The notes below the pieces were generated by a model. It did not search any database and had not been told where the DNA came from. It saw only the letters and a list, made by a program, of their open reading frames with translations. Shown here piece by piece: positions 39,051 through 48,373 of a stretch of DNA of 64,000 nucleotides (the stretch's first letter is position 1; each line of letters begins with the position of its first letter). A program made the position numbers and the translations under genes. Origin of the DNA: an uncultured virus (IMG/VR IMGVR_UViG_3300013232_000195) (taxonomy: Duplodnaviria > Heunggongvirae > Uroviricota > Caudoviricetes); IMG/VR virus record IMGVR_UViG_3300013232_000195. One strand, 5' to 3'.

Positions 39051-39443
39051 ATGAAGATTCGCGAAGGACATGTGAGCAACAGTTCGTCGTCATCGTTTCT
39101 CCTCGTGGTCACCGAGGACGTCTTTAAGAAGGCCCTCAAGGAGGCGTCTCCTCTGGTCAAGGACATTGTCAAGTACCTGGAACCAGAGAAGAGGAAGGTC
39201 TTTGGCAAGAAGGTCGTCGTCATCACCACTCAAGATTGTCATGGTGAAGGAACCATCTTCAACATGATACAGAATGGCGACGTGAAGGTGGATGTCCCCA
39301 AGAAGGAGGACGATGAGTCTGGTGAGTACGCAGACGACGCCGACTACATCAAGCGAGAGATCGCCGAGGAAGCCTGGAATGACTTCGTGTCCAAGCTCGA
39401 GAAGAACAAGGACGATGTCTTCACCCACACGGAGAGCTACTGA
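39051..39443 (+). CDS. GHVSNSSS-motif paralog 7
   Basis: MKIREGHVSNSSSSSF. Confidence 0.85.
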   Translation: MKIREGHVSNSSSSSFLLVVTEDVFKKALKEASPLVKDIVKYLEPEKRKVFGKKVVVITTQDCHGEGTIFNMIQNGDVKVDVPKKEDDESGEYADDADYIKREIAEEAWNDFVSKLEKNKDDVFTHTESY

Positions 39444-39647
39444 TGAACCCATCAGAGCCACGGCTGATTCTTATCGGCGATATGATCTTGAACGTGAACC
39501 ATATCGTTCGCGAAGAAGATCAGCCGTATCGCCGACGACGATCACCGCTTGTTCATAAAGATGCGTGACAGCCAATTCGACATCACCGCCAAAAGCAAAG
39601 AAGAATTGGACGTCTTCTTCTTAAGGATACTCGGAGGAAGATCATGA
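39443..39647 (+). pseudogene. Small frameshifted ORF inside the array
   Basis: MNPSEPRLILIGDMILNVNHIV continues in another frame as AKKISRIADDDHRLF...LGGRS, ending in an ATGA overlap. Confidence 0.45.
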
Positions 39648-40000
39648 AGCTCCGCGACGGTCACGTTTCGAATTCAAGTTCGTCATCCTTTGTCCTCGTG
39701 ACCACGAAGGCCAATTACGAGCGAGCGTTGAGCGAAATACAAAAAGGCGCGGAAACCAAGGACAACGCAGAATTCATCTTGGCGGTTGCCAAGAAGCTGG
39801 CACGCGAAGGCAGGCTTGGGGGCATTGACATCGTCAGCTTTTCGACGTATTCTTGTGAAGGTGAAGGAACGATCGGGCAGATGTGTGTGGACGTCGAAAG
39901 CAAAGAGGAAGACTACGGCAAGTACGAGGCGTGGGATGAGTTCAGAACCATCCTCAGAAGCAACAAGGATGACGTCTTCGTATCGTCCCATTGTACGTGA
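39644..40000 (+). CDS. GHVSNSSS-motif paralog 8
   Basis: MKLRDGHVSNSSSSSF. Confidence 0.85.
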   Translation: MKLRDGHVSNSSSSSFVLVTTKANYERALSEIQKGAETKDNAEFILAVAKKLAREGRLGGIDIVSFSTYSCEGEGTIGQMCVDVESKEEDYGKYEAWDEFRTILRSNKDDVFVSSHCT

Positions 40001-40023
40001 CAACAACCTTTGAGGGGAACACG

Positions 40024-41124
40024 ATGTCAACGCTCTACCCCGACATGAAAACGACGGATGACGTCAACAAGTTCGTCTCCGAGAATGGCGAATTTAAGGT
40101 TTTCAAGTCGCCCAGTTACAACTACGTCTACGACAAGATCAGCGGACGCTTCGCCAGGTGGGGCGAAAAAGAGGAAGACGATCCCGCCTACGGCCCAGCC
40201 CCAGAGATTGCCGACATCGAAATCTCCGTGGACGGATGCCCAGACCGCTGCCCGTTCTGCTACAAGGGAAACATGCCGTCCAAGGCCACAAACATGACCT
40301 TGGATACGTTCAAGGCCATCATCGGCAAGATGCCCACGTCGCTCACTCAAGTGGCCCTTGGAATCACGGGAATGCAAGCCAACCCAGACTTGCTTCCGAT
40401 CATGCGCCATTGCCGCAGCATGGGCATCGTACCGAACTTCACGCTGGCTGGATCAGACTTGACCAAGGAACTGGCCATCGAGAGCGCCAGGCTGGCTGGG
40501 GCCGTGGCCGTGAGCGCCCGAAAGGGAACCAAGGACCTCTGCTACGAGACGGTTCGCCTCTACAATGCCCTTGGCTTGAAGCAAGTGAACATCCACGTCA
40601 TGCTCTCGGCAGAGACGGAAGACTTCGCCAATGAGGTCATCCACGACTTCCAACATGACGAAAGACTGAAGAACCTCAACGCGGTGGTGTTCCTCGGGGT
40701 CAAGCCGAAGGGACGGGCGAAGGACAAGTTCCACCCACTCCCGCAGAGCGGATACGACAAGTTGGTGTCGTATTGCTTGGAGAATGGGATCCGCTTTGGC
40801 TTCGACTCTTGTTCGGCCTCTCGGTTCGAACGGGCCGTGGACAAGGCAGAAGTGTCAGACGCCTTCAAGAAGGCGATGAAGCTTCGTTCGGAAAGTTGCG
40901 AGAGCGACTTGTTCAGTTGCTACATCAACGTGAAGGGCGAGTTCTGGCATTGCTCGTTCTCCGAGCACGAGCCGACCTTCGCCTCGGTGGACGTGTTGAA
41001 GGCGAAGGACTTCGTTCGGGACGTCTGGTACGCCCCAGAGGTAAACGCCTTTCGAGAGCGGTCGTTGGCGGGGATCAAGGACGGATGCAGACAATGCATC
41101 GCGTTCGACGAGATCAACCATTAG
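40024..41124 (+). CDS. Radical SAM enzyme with SPASM/twitch-like C-terminus
   Basis: CPDRCPFC (CxxxCxxC); SCES..SCYINVKGEFWHCSF...C. Confidence 0.9.
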   Translation: MSTLYPDMKTTDDVNKFVSENGEFKVFKSPSYNYVYDKISGRFARWGEKEEDDPAYGPAPEIADIEISVDGCPDRCPFCYKGNMPSKATNMTLDTFKAIIGKMPTSLTQVALGITGMQANPDLLPIMRHCRSMGIVPNFTLAGSDLTKELAIESARLAGAVAVSARKGTKDLCYETVRLYNALGLKQVNIHVMLSAETEDFANEVIHDFQHDERLKNLNAVVFLGVKPKGRAKDKFHPLPQSGYDKLVSYCLENGIRFGFDSCSASRFERAVDKAEVSDAFKKAMKLRSESCESDLFSCYINVKGEFWHCSFSEHEPTFASVDVLKAKDFVRDVWYAPEVNAFRERSLAGIKDGCRQCIAFDEINH

Positions 41125-41297
41125 GAGAAGGCGGATGGCAAAGAAAAGGAAGCCCATCGACAAGCTGTCGGACTACCGAATCCTTTCAAACAAGGACGAC
41201 AGCGTGATCTCTTCGTTTAAGTCGACCAAAGAGGCCGCCGAGTCGACTCTCAAGTACTTCAAGCGGCAAGTGGATTGTCGCATGGAGAAGACATAGC

Positions 41298-41570
41298 ATG
41301 ACGCGCCGTAACTTCATGTCGGTTGCGTTGGGCTTAATTGCCATAGCAGGAGTTGCTAAGGCTGCACAAAAACAAAAGCTGAGCAAAGAGGAACGTGACG
41401 CCATACTCGCCAAGGCCTTCGAAACCAAGGAAGGCAGGATGATGCTTGTTCAAGCCATGGTACAGCCAATTCGATGCGGTGGATGGGAGTACTGCCAGAA
41501 CGACGGCGCTCTCATAAAAAACCGCCGCAAGCCATGTCCTAAGTGTGGAAGGATCATGGATAAATGCTAA
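41298..41570 (+). CDS. Tat-like signal peptide, capsid-N-arm-like segment and zinc ribbon
   Basis: MTRRNFM..AKA; ERDAILAKAFETKEGRMMLVQAMVQPIR; CPKCG. Confidence 0.55.
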   Translation: MTRRNFMSVALGLIAIAGVAKAAQKQKLSKEERDAILAKAFETKEGRMMLVQAMVQPIRCGGWEYCQNDGALIKNRRKPCPKCGRIMDKC

Positions 41571-41851
41571 GGCGACTTGCCGTAAAGGTTCTTGTCGTTC
41601 TCCTCAGGCCGCTCGCGTGGATATCCACGCGAGCGGCTTGCTTGTTCAACTCATGGATCGACAAGCTGACGGCCAAGCCTTGCTTTGGACAGATGGCTTT
41701 TCCGATTAGAAAGGCCATTGACTATCAGTCGGTTGGAAGGAAGCTCATGGCGGTTGAGGAGTTGCCGCAGAGTCCCGCGCTGATCTGTTACATTCGAGAC
41801 AAGTACGACTCTACTCTGGATGAATCAGAGAAAACAGAAACGCCCCAATAA
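41564..41851 (+). CDS. Small protein with a major-capsid-like segment
   Basis: MAFPIRKAIDYQSVGRKLMAVEELPQ. Confidence 0.5.
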   Translation: MLRRLAVKVLVVLLRPLAWISTRAACLFNSWIDKLTAKPCFGQMAFPIRKAIDYQSVGRKLMAVEELPQSPALICYIRDKYDSTLDESEKTETPQ

Positions 41852-42015
41852 CCAAGACTAGTACCAGCAAGATCGTGGGTATTGCCAAAATCAATGCTAC
41901 CACGCTGCATACCCAGAGAAGAATTGCCTCTGCAAAACGGTTCATTGGTCCGTGCCCTCACTTTTATTTACACCGTTGACGGTGCCAAGTCCTATGGTAA
42001 ACTCAAATCGGAGGC

Positions 42016-42441
42016 GTGATGATCAAGGCATGTGGAACCTTCACATACGATCCGCGCATGAGGGGACAGAAGGTCGAGGAACCCTTCTGGCTGATTCTTT
42101 CATGCGATCCAGAGATCGGCGAGTATTACTCGTGGCTCCTGCTCAAGCAGCATTGCGTAAAGCTGCGTCGGCCAGGCTGGAAGGCTCACATCAGCGTGAT
42201 CCGTGGGGAGAAGGTCGTCAACTCAACGGCATGGGGCAAGTACGCTGGTCGGCGGGTTGGATTTGAGTACGAGCCAATCGTGAAGACGAACGGAAAGCAT
42301 TACTGGCTGAGCGTCGAGAGCGAAGACTTGCTTGACGTGAGGGAGTTCTACGGGCTTCCAAGAGTGACGTACCCGAAACTGCATCTGACCTTGGGCAACG
42401 ATTTCTTATCAGAGGTGAAAGGAGAAGCCCATGGAACGTAA
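42016..42441 (+). CDS. 2H phosphoesterase
   Basis: Two HxS/T motifs, AHISV and LHLTL; own promoter at 41976-42003. Confidence 0.75.
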   Translation: MMIKACGTFTYDPRMRGQKVEEPFWLILSCDPEIGEYYSWLLLKQHCVKLRRPGWKAHISVIRGEKVVNSTAWGKYAGRRVGFEYEPIVKTNGKHYWLSVESEDLLDVREFYGLPRVTYPKLHLTLGNDFLSEVKGEAHGT

Positions 42442-42919
42442 AAGGAAACGGCTGGCCAGTCCCCTCCGAAGAAAGGTTCACATCGACGGAGAGGAATGGA
42501 CCTACTCGCCTGGTCATACCACGTTTATCCTTAACCCTGCGAGAGACAACAAGATAAGCGTGAGACAGATTGACTTCTTCCCAGGGCTGACATGGGACAC
42601 GCTTGAGAGAGCAGAGGACAAGGGGTACGCTCACCAGTTCGCTGTTACGCCCAGCGTCGTCAAGGAGTGGATTGAGACGAAGCTGCTGGGCAAAGTCTTC
42701 AAGGCGTCCTTGAGGGTTCGCCAGATCGTTTCGGTCACGAATCGCGGCGGCAAGGTCAGCCTGACAAGTTTCGAGGGAAGCGACTCGCTTGCATGTACGG
42801 TCAAATGGCCCGATGGGAAGACGCGAATTCTGGCGTTGTCGGAAGACGAGGCGCGTCAGCTAAGGTCGCGCTGTGAGGTCACGGACACCGAACCGATCAC
42901 AGTAGGAGATGCCCGATGA
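42431..42919 (+). CDS. Hypothetical protein, paralog of 9461..9799
   Basis: Shared N-terminal domain. Confidence 0.7.
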   Translation: MERKRKRLASPLRRKVHIDGEEWTYSPGHTTFILNPARDNKISVRQIDFFPGLTWDTLERAEDKGYAHQFAVTPSVVKEWIETKLLGKVFKASLRVRQIVSVTNRGGKVSLTSFEGSDSLACTVKWPDGKTRILALSEDEARQLRSRCEVTDTEPITVGDAR

Positions 42920-43217
42920 AGCGCATCTGGAGGCTGAAAAACAGTGGTGGACCTAGCTTCATGGTCGTCGCCGAGAAGGAGTCCATAGAGCGGCTTGCGC
43001 TTCATTTCAAGATCATTAAGGACATCAAGAACTTGGGATACAGTGACATCACGGATGGATGGGAGCAGTACCCGAAGGAAGCCATCAAAGAGGTCTGCTT
43101 GAAGGCTCCCGAAGGCGTTGCTGGAGTGGAGATGGACGCGACGTCTTTCACTTGGACGGTCTGTGACGAAAAAGGTGAAATGTGGAAGGGAACCAAGGGA
43201 CAATTCTAGGAGATGCC

Positions 43218-43799
43218 ATGAACCTCGGGAACATGATCGACACCGCCTTCAAGGACCAGCATCAAGAGATCCTAAGTCGTGGCAACGCGACAGCCAAAAA
43301 GATGGTCTGTCCCAGTTGCGGCAAGGCAATGAAGTTCATCGACGAGGGAGGCAAGTACTTCTACGTCTGCGTGGACTTCCCCTCGAAATGCGACGTGTCC
43401 CACGGGACGTACTCGGACGGGCGTCCGCTCGGCAAGCCCGCCGACGCCGTGACCCGCAAGCTTCGGGCGCTCTGTCATCGCAGGATGCAGGAGTTGCATG
43501 ACACGTACAGAGGCCCCTTGAACCCCAAGACCGTCCAAGGGTACTTGTACTGCTACATCACCGAAAAGATGGGCATGGCTGACCTCCACTTCGGCTTGCT
43601 GAACGACCAGGCTTGCAAGAAGGCCTTGGCCATACTCGAGGCCTCCACGATCGAGCAAATCGTGCAGTATGTGAAGGACAAGAAAGACCAGCCTTCCAGG
43701 GACGAGAAGCTCATGGCCATCCGAGGCCTGTCCAAGAAGACGGTCGAGAGCAGTGAGGATCGGCGAAAGCGGCTGGCCCTCAAGGGGATCTACATCTAA
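43218..43799 (+). CDS. DUF3268-like zinc-ribbon protein
   Basis: CPSCG..C..C..HG...PLGKPAD..R..R..H, HFG. Confidence 0.65.
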   Translation: MNLGNMIDTAFKDQHQEILSRGNATAKKMVCPSCGKAMKFIDEGGKYFYVCVDFPSKCDVSHGTYSDGRPLGKPADAVTRKLRALCHRRMQELHDTYRGPLNPKTVQGYLYCYITEKMGMADLHFGLLNDQACKKALAILEASTIEQIVQYVKDKKDQPSRDEKLMAIRGLSKKTVESSEDRRKRLALKGIYI

Positions 43800-43847
43800 C
43801 CATTCGTGCCAAACGTGTGGTATAGTGTAACAGGAGGTCTTTGAGCA

Positions 43848-44384
43848 ATGACGCCACTCATTGAAAGGGCATCTGAAGCCGCGACTAAGGCGCATGCTGG
43901 CCAGAAGCGCAAATACACTGGAGAGGACTATGTCGTCCATCCAAGGTCCGTGGCTAGTCGCGCCATTGACATGGGACTTGACGAGCATGTTATCGCTGCC
44001 GCGTTCTTGCATGATGCCGACGAGGATACTAGCTACAAGATCCCCGCTATCCGCCGCGACTTCGGAGAAGAGGTCGCCGACTTGGTCGCTTGGCTGACTA
44101 ACCCAAGCAAGGGATCCAAGGCTTCTCGGGCTGAACGTAAGGCCATGGATCGCGCCCACATTGAGGATGCGCCAGACGAGGCAAAGCTTCTAAAGGGACT
44201 TGATCGTCTAGACAACCTTGAGGACATGAAGGGGGCCGAGGACAGTTTCAAGACCTTGTATGCAAAGGAAAGCCTTTTGCTGGCCGATTCCATTGCGAAG
44301 AATGCTCAGATGCCGCTCGTTCTCGTCGTAGCTGATGCGGTAAGGCTGGCGGCTGAAGACCTCCTCGAGGATGCCAATGATTAA
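43848..44384 (+). CDS. Stand-alone HD-domain (p)ppGpp hydrolase-like protein (SAH/Mesh1 type)
   Basis: AHAGQKRK..Y..HP, AAFLHDADEDT, K..DRLDN. Confidence 0.82.
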   Translation: MTPLIERASEAATKAHAGQKRKYTGEDYVVHPRSVASRAIDMGLDEHVIAAAFLHDADEDTSYKIPAIRRDFGEEVADLVAWLTNPSKGSKASRAERKAMDRAHIEDAPDEAKLLKGLDRLDNLEDMKGAEDSFKTLYAKESLLLADSIAKNAQMPLVLVVADAVRLAAEDLLEDAND

Positions 44385-44936
44385 GTTCTGCCGAAAGCTC
44401 ATGAGGGAGATACGCTCCGTCACGGCCATCCCTCAGTTCTCCCTGACTTACGAGGAGACCAACTCGAACACGTTTTTATTGAAGAAGCCGTGGTCTGCAT
44501 TGTCGCTTCCTCCATGTACCACCGCCGTCCATCGGGAGCGTATGGTCTTAAAGTCTGGCAATGACATAATCTTGGCGGCTGAGAAGGAAGGCAAGAGAAG
44601 GATCTACGTGAGCCGAATCAGCACGTCTTCTGAAATAGTGATAGACGAAATTGGTTTCCGTGAACGCTTTGAGGGGACTCCGTTTGAGGAGATCAAGCGG
44701 GCAATCAGCTTCAATGAATTCAACGCCTTCGTCTTGTGGTTCGTGTCTGGAGGGTACTATTTCAAGAAAACGAGCAAGCCGATCTGCTTGGATCAGATCA
44801 AGGAGCTTGAACTCTTTTATCCCCCGACCATAGGTCATGGAGAGGGCATGCGATTGGGTACGGGCAATCTGGAAAATGCCCCTTGATTAAATGACGTGCT
44901 GCGTTAGCATGCCATTCTGGAACATGGAGTTACGAC

Positions 44937-45812
44937 ATGTCAGACGAAGAGCTTGAAGAAGAAGAGTCCCAAGATCCATTTGAACCAGAAGAAGATCCTG
45001 GTACTTGCGTTGTTTGTGGCAAGGAATACGAGGTCGTTCGGCCAGGGAAGAGCCAGCCGACTTGCGACTGCCACATGCGTTGCGCATGCGGTCGCATGAA
45101 GAACTGGTACTGCGATGGTGAACATCCAACCGACAAGAAGGGCAGCGGGTACTTGTGTCCAGCTTGCGGTACGGTCGGTCCTTCTTCACTGATTTTGAAC
45201 AAGTCGCTCGTGTGTCGTCCAGTCGTGTCGTCTGACTTTGAGAAGGCCAGTCTCCTCACCCACGTAAAGCTTGGAAAGGTTGAACTGCCCATACCTTTCG
45301 GCCATGGGTTCTTCTTCAACACCGAGGATGGACGGCTGATGTATAGCCCTCATGCCTTCCATCTTGAAAACCGAAACACGTGGAGTATGGACTCCGATTT
45401 CCCGCTCGAGATTCCAGAAGACGTTGATGTACGCGCCAAGGCTGGATTCTGGGCGATGATGTCTTCCGTCATTTTGATGGCCTTGGATGGACACCCAGAG
45501 GCCAGCAAGTGGCGCGTGGTGTACGAGATCGCTAGCAGTCTGGAGAACGAGGAGAGGGCGCGAGCCGTCCAGATGAAGAGGTACGAGTCTTGTCAGTTGG
45601 TCATTGCTGGCCTGAGTGGCCCGTGCATATCTAATGGCGGAGAAGCCCTCAAGATCGAACTGAAGAAATTGTGTCCCAGCTTTAGCGTCAAGGACATCTC
45701 GAAAGAACTCAAGTCCTTGCCGTTTTCCATCGGAAGATACAACCTCGGACAATGCCTCCAGATCCAGCGAGACCTCTTCGCTCTTGGGGCATACGTCCAG
45801 ATCAAGCCTTAA
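44937..45812 (+). CDS. Cys-rich zinc-binding protein
   Basis: Multiple CxxC motifs. Confidence 0.6.
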   Translation: MSDEELEEEESQDPFEPEEDPGTCVVCGKEYEVVRPGKSQPTCDCHMRCACGRMKNWYCDGEHPTDKKGSGYLCPACGTVGPSSLILNKSLVCRPVVSSDFEKASLLTHVKLGKVELPIPFGHGFFFNTEDGRLMYSPHAFHLENRNTWSMDSDFPLEIPEDVDVRAKAGFWAMMSSVILMALDGHPEASKWRVVYEIASSLENEERARAVQMKRYESCQLVIAGLSGPCISNGGEALKIELKKLCPSFSVKDISKELKSLPFSIGRYNLGQCLQIQRDLFALGAYVQIKP

Positions 45813-46240
45813 GGAGAAACCATGGAAGAGGCTAATTTCGGCAAGAAGTACTCCAAAGAGGACATTTTCGCGGCCCTTGATGTGCGTGATGAACTCAAGG
45901 CAAAAGAAAAGAAGAACGATGTGGGATGCATGGCTCTGATAGGCATCTTGACCATCATGTTCTTCAATGTCGTTGTCTTCACCATTCTACAAGGATACAT
46001 TCTTGTGAGCGCTTGGGAATGGTTTGTCGTTCCGTTCGGAGTGTCCGCGATTGGTTTCTGGCATGCATATGGTATTGCCATGACCGCCAAGTTGTTCTCT
46101 CGCGGCATTGGAAAAGCAGAGAAGACGGAGAAGGCAGATATGGAAGAAGTATACAAGTTCATGAAGACGTTTGCCCTTCAGACTGTCGGCTTGCTCTTCG
46201 TTTGGCTGATTCTGTACTTGACCCATTGTATGATGTAGTC

Positions 46241-47008
46241 ATGGAAGACTACGGCGATACCAGCACGCAGAAGCGCGTCGACTACACAGAACTCGTCCGC
46301 AAGCTAGTGGACGTGGACGAGTTCAAGGCTTGTGACCCGCCCCTTTATGATGACTTGATCGCCCAAGGATTCCATAGGGCCGCTTTCTTCCCTTCAGACG
46401 TTGCCGAAAAGCTCGTCCTTGACCTAGGCGCCCATGTCGGCATGTTCACGACATTGGCCGTGGCTCATGGGGCCAAGTCCGTGTTCTCCGTCGAGATGAA
46501 CCCAGACAACTATTACAAGCTGATCCACTTCACCGAGAAGATGGACAACGTTCAGTGCAGAAACTGGGGAGTTTCGGACGGGAGAACCGACTTCCTCTAT
46601 CCTCGTGAGGCTGGCTCGATCTGCAAGGGACACAAGGATGGACAGCCAGGCGAAACGAGCATTCCAGCCGTGTCGTTCGATGATGTTGTTAAAGCTTCTG
46701 GGTTCATGTCTAAGTCCGAGGAAGCCGTACTGAAGATTGACATAGAGGGATCCGAGTATGACGCCCTTTATTGCGCCTCTGGAAACATGATCAGAAGGTT
46801 CAAGACCATCTTCATGGAGACACACCCTCCAGTTGGAGAGCCAGGTCCAGCTAGGAGCAACGCCTTCATCAAAGAGTTCCTAGGGTTCTTCGGGTTCAAG
46901 GAAGTGTTCGCGACTCCGATCTTCTTCTTTCGATGGGATGCTGATGGGAAGATCACTGCTTGCGACAAGGTAAAAGACCTAGAGATAGTCAAGCTGGTAC
47001 GAACCTAG
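46241..47008 (+). CDS. FkbM-family SAM-dependent methyltransferase
   Basis: VLDLGAHVG, VE.NP.N, LKIDIEGSE, METH. Confidence 0.88.
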   Translation: MEDYGDTSTQKRVDYTELVRKLVDVDEFKACDPPLYDDLIAQGFHRAAFFPSDVAEKLVLDLGAHVGMFTTLAVAHGAKSVFSVEMNPDNYYKLIHFTEKMDNVQCRNWGVSDGRTDFLYPREAGSICKGHKDGQPGETSIPAVSFDDVVKASGFMSKSEEAVLKIDIEGSEYDALYCASGNMIRRFKTIFMETHPPVGEPGPARSNAFIKEFLGFFGFKEVFATPIFFFRWDADGKITACDKVKDLEIVKLVRT

Positions 47009-47104
47009 AACCATTCATTTCTTACTTGCAAAACAGGCCAACGTGGTTACCATTATGGCATCAAGCCATTTGAAGATGGCTAGTTTGAGTCTAGGAGATG
47101 AACG

Positions 47105-47350
47105 ATGAAGGCGATGAAAGCACGTAAGCAAAGATCAAAGCTCTTGCGTCCAGCGGGATGCATCTCGCCCAACGAGGCGGCGAAGGAGTTCGGAATCACC
47201 GGCGAGGCAATCAAGCAGTGGATTTACAAGGGCAAGCTGGCCGCTGCCAAGGCTGGCAATGGCTATTGGTGGCTCCGAAAGGAAGACCTCAAGAAGTTCG
47301 TAGCCGATCACCAGAGCGGAAAGACATTGGTCTTTAAGCTTCATAAGTAA
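47105..47350 (+). CDS. Excisionase-like HTH DNA-binding protein
   Basis: SPNEAAKEFGIT..AIKQWIYKGKL.A.K.G..W. Confidence 0.8.
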   Translation: MKAMKARKQRSKLLRPAGCISPNEAAKEFGITGEAIKQWIYKGKLAAAKAGNGYWWLRKEDLKKFVADHQSGKTLVFKLHK

Positions 47351-47353
47351 ACT

Positions 47354-47389
47354 AAATTGGGGTGGCGGAATTGTCCGCCACCCCAATTT
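47354..47389. terminator. Bidirectional terminator between convergent genes
   Basis: AAATTGGGGTGGCGGA-ATTG-TCCGCCACCCCAATTT. Confidence 0.85.
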
Positions 47390-48373
47390 CTATGTGAATG
47401 ACAAGTACTTTGGCGGGATGTTTCCATAGAAGGCCACCGTTTCCTCGCTAAGGCCCTCACTGGCGTACTGCGAATAAGCGTCGTACTCGATTCCAAGCTT
47501 GTAGGCCAAAGCCGATCTCATCTCCTCGTCTTCGAACGGCCCTTCCTTGGAAACACGAGGCATGTACCCGTCTTGCTTCATCAGTCCCACGTCAATGGCT
47601 ATAACCATGTCGCCATACGAGCCTATCGCGTTTTCGTTCCATGATGTGAATACGGCATCTGTCATGCCCTTGTTCGACATGGATCTCGTTTCAGATGCTG
47701 CTTGCAAGCCCTTCCTCTTGATGCTTTCTAGGTTCTCTGAGTCAGTTGCATGGTAGAGGATCGTTCCTGGTCCTTCTCTGATTCCATCCCAGAACTCCAC
47801 GTTGTGGTCTGGGCATGGAACGAAGTTGGCCAAGTTGTGATCCCAGATCCCGCTGAGCCATTCGTGCGCTTCTTCCACGTTCTCAGATGAAAAATCGACG
47901 ACGTACACCCTATTCCTAATGGTCACCGTCACCAGAGGATCCGCAGGAGACACGCATGCGTTCTGGAACGAGATCGTCTTGGGGTTGTAGATCTGGGAGA
48001 AGTGATCTAGAAATTCATTGACCCCTTGCGGAGACGTCTCGAGCAGCTCGGTCAGCGTCCCAAGGGGGTTCTTGGTTGGGTCTGGCCAGTTCGGATCTGC
48101 CATAGGTTCATATTCGGATGGGTCATACCAAGGGAATGTCTTCTGCGTCTGCCCAAATCGCCTTGGGGACACGCTTTCAAACAGAACGTCGTTCGGCCCT
48201 ATCTTGTGCGAAACACCGCCGCAAACGAATTCCACCTCAACGCCGTTTTCTTTGGCGAAAAGGCTGGCCTCTTGGGCGGACTCGAACTCCTTGTCGGGGT
48301 GGCAATGGAATTTTGTGGCCCACTTCCTGGTGGCCATGCGGCAAGTCGAGCGGATCCAAGACCTTAGCATCAT
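47390..48373 (-). CDS. Protein with C-terminal ART-fold (Tpt1/DUF952-like) domain
   Basis: LYHAT..NLESIKRKGL..AVFTS..YG..IAID..E..GNIPPKYL; late promoter at 48408-48381. Confidence 0.65.
   Translation of the reverse strand: MMLRSWIRSTCRMATRKWATKFHCHPDKEFESAQEASLFAKENGVEVEFVCGGVSHKIGPNDVLFESVSPRRFGQTQKTFPWYDPSEYEPMADPNWPDPTKNPLGTLTELLETSPQGVNEFLDHFSQIYNPKTISFQNACVSPADPLVTVTIRNRVYVVDFSSENVEEAHEWLSGIWDHNLANFVPCPDHNVEFWDGIREGPGTILYHATDSENLESIKRKGLQAASETRSMSNKGMTDAVFTSWNENAIGSYGDMVIAIDVGLMKQDGYMPRVSKEGPFEDEEMRSALAYKLGIEYDAYSQYASEGLSEETVAFYGNIPPKYLSFT

Noticed and set aside
36897..40000. Recurring ~50-nt DNA repeats as a CRISPR array or DGR template/variable repeats
   Set aside because: The repeats are the 5' ends of paralogous genes, differ mainly at synonymous positions and lie hundreds of nt apart; no cas or reverse transcriptase gene in the window
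47105..47350. Prophage excision module
   Set aside because: Only an excisionase-like HTH; no integrase or att repeat seen
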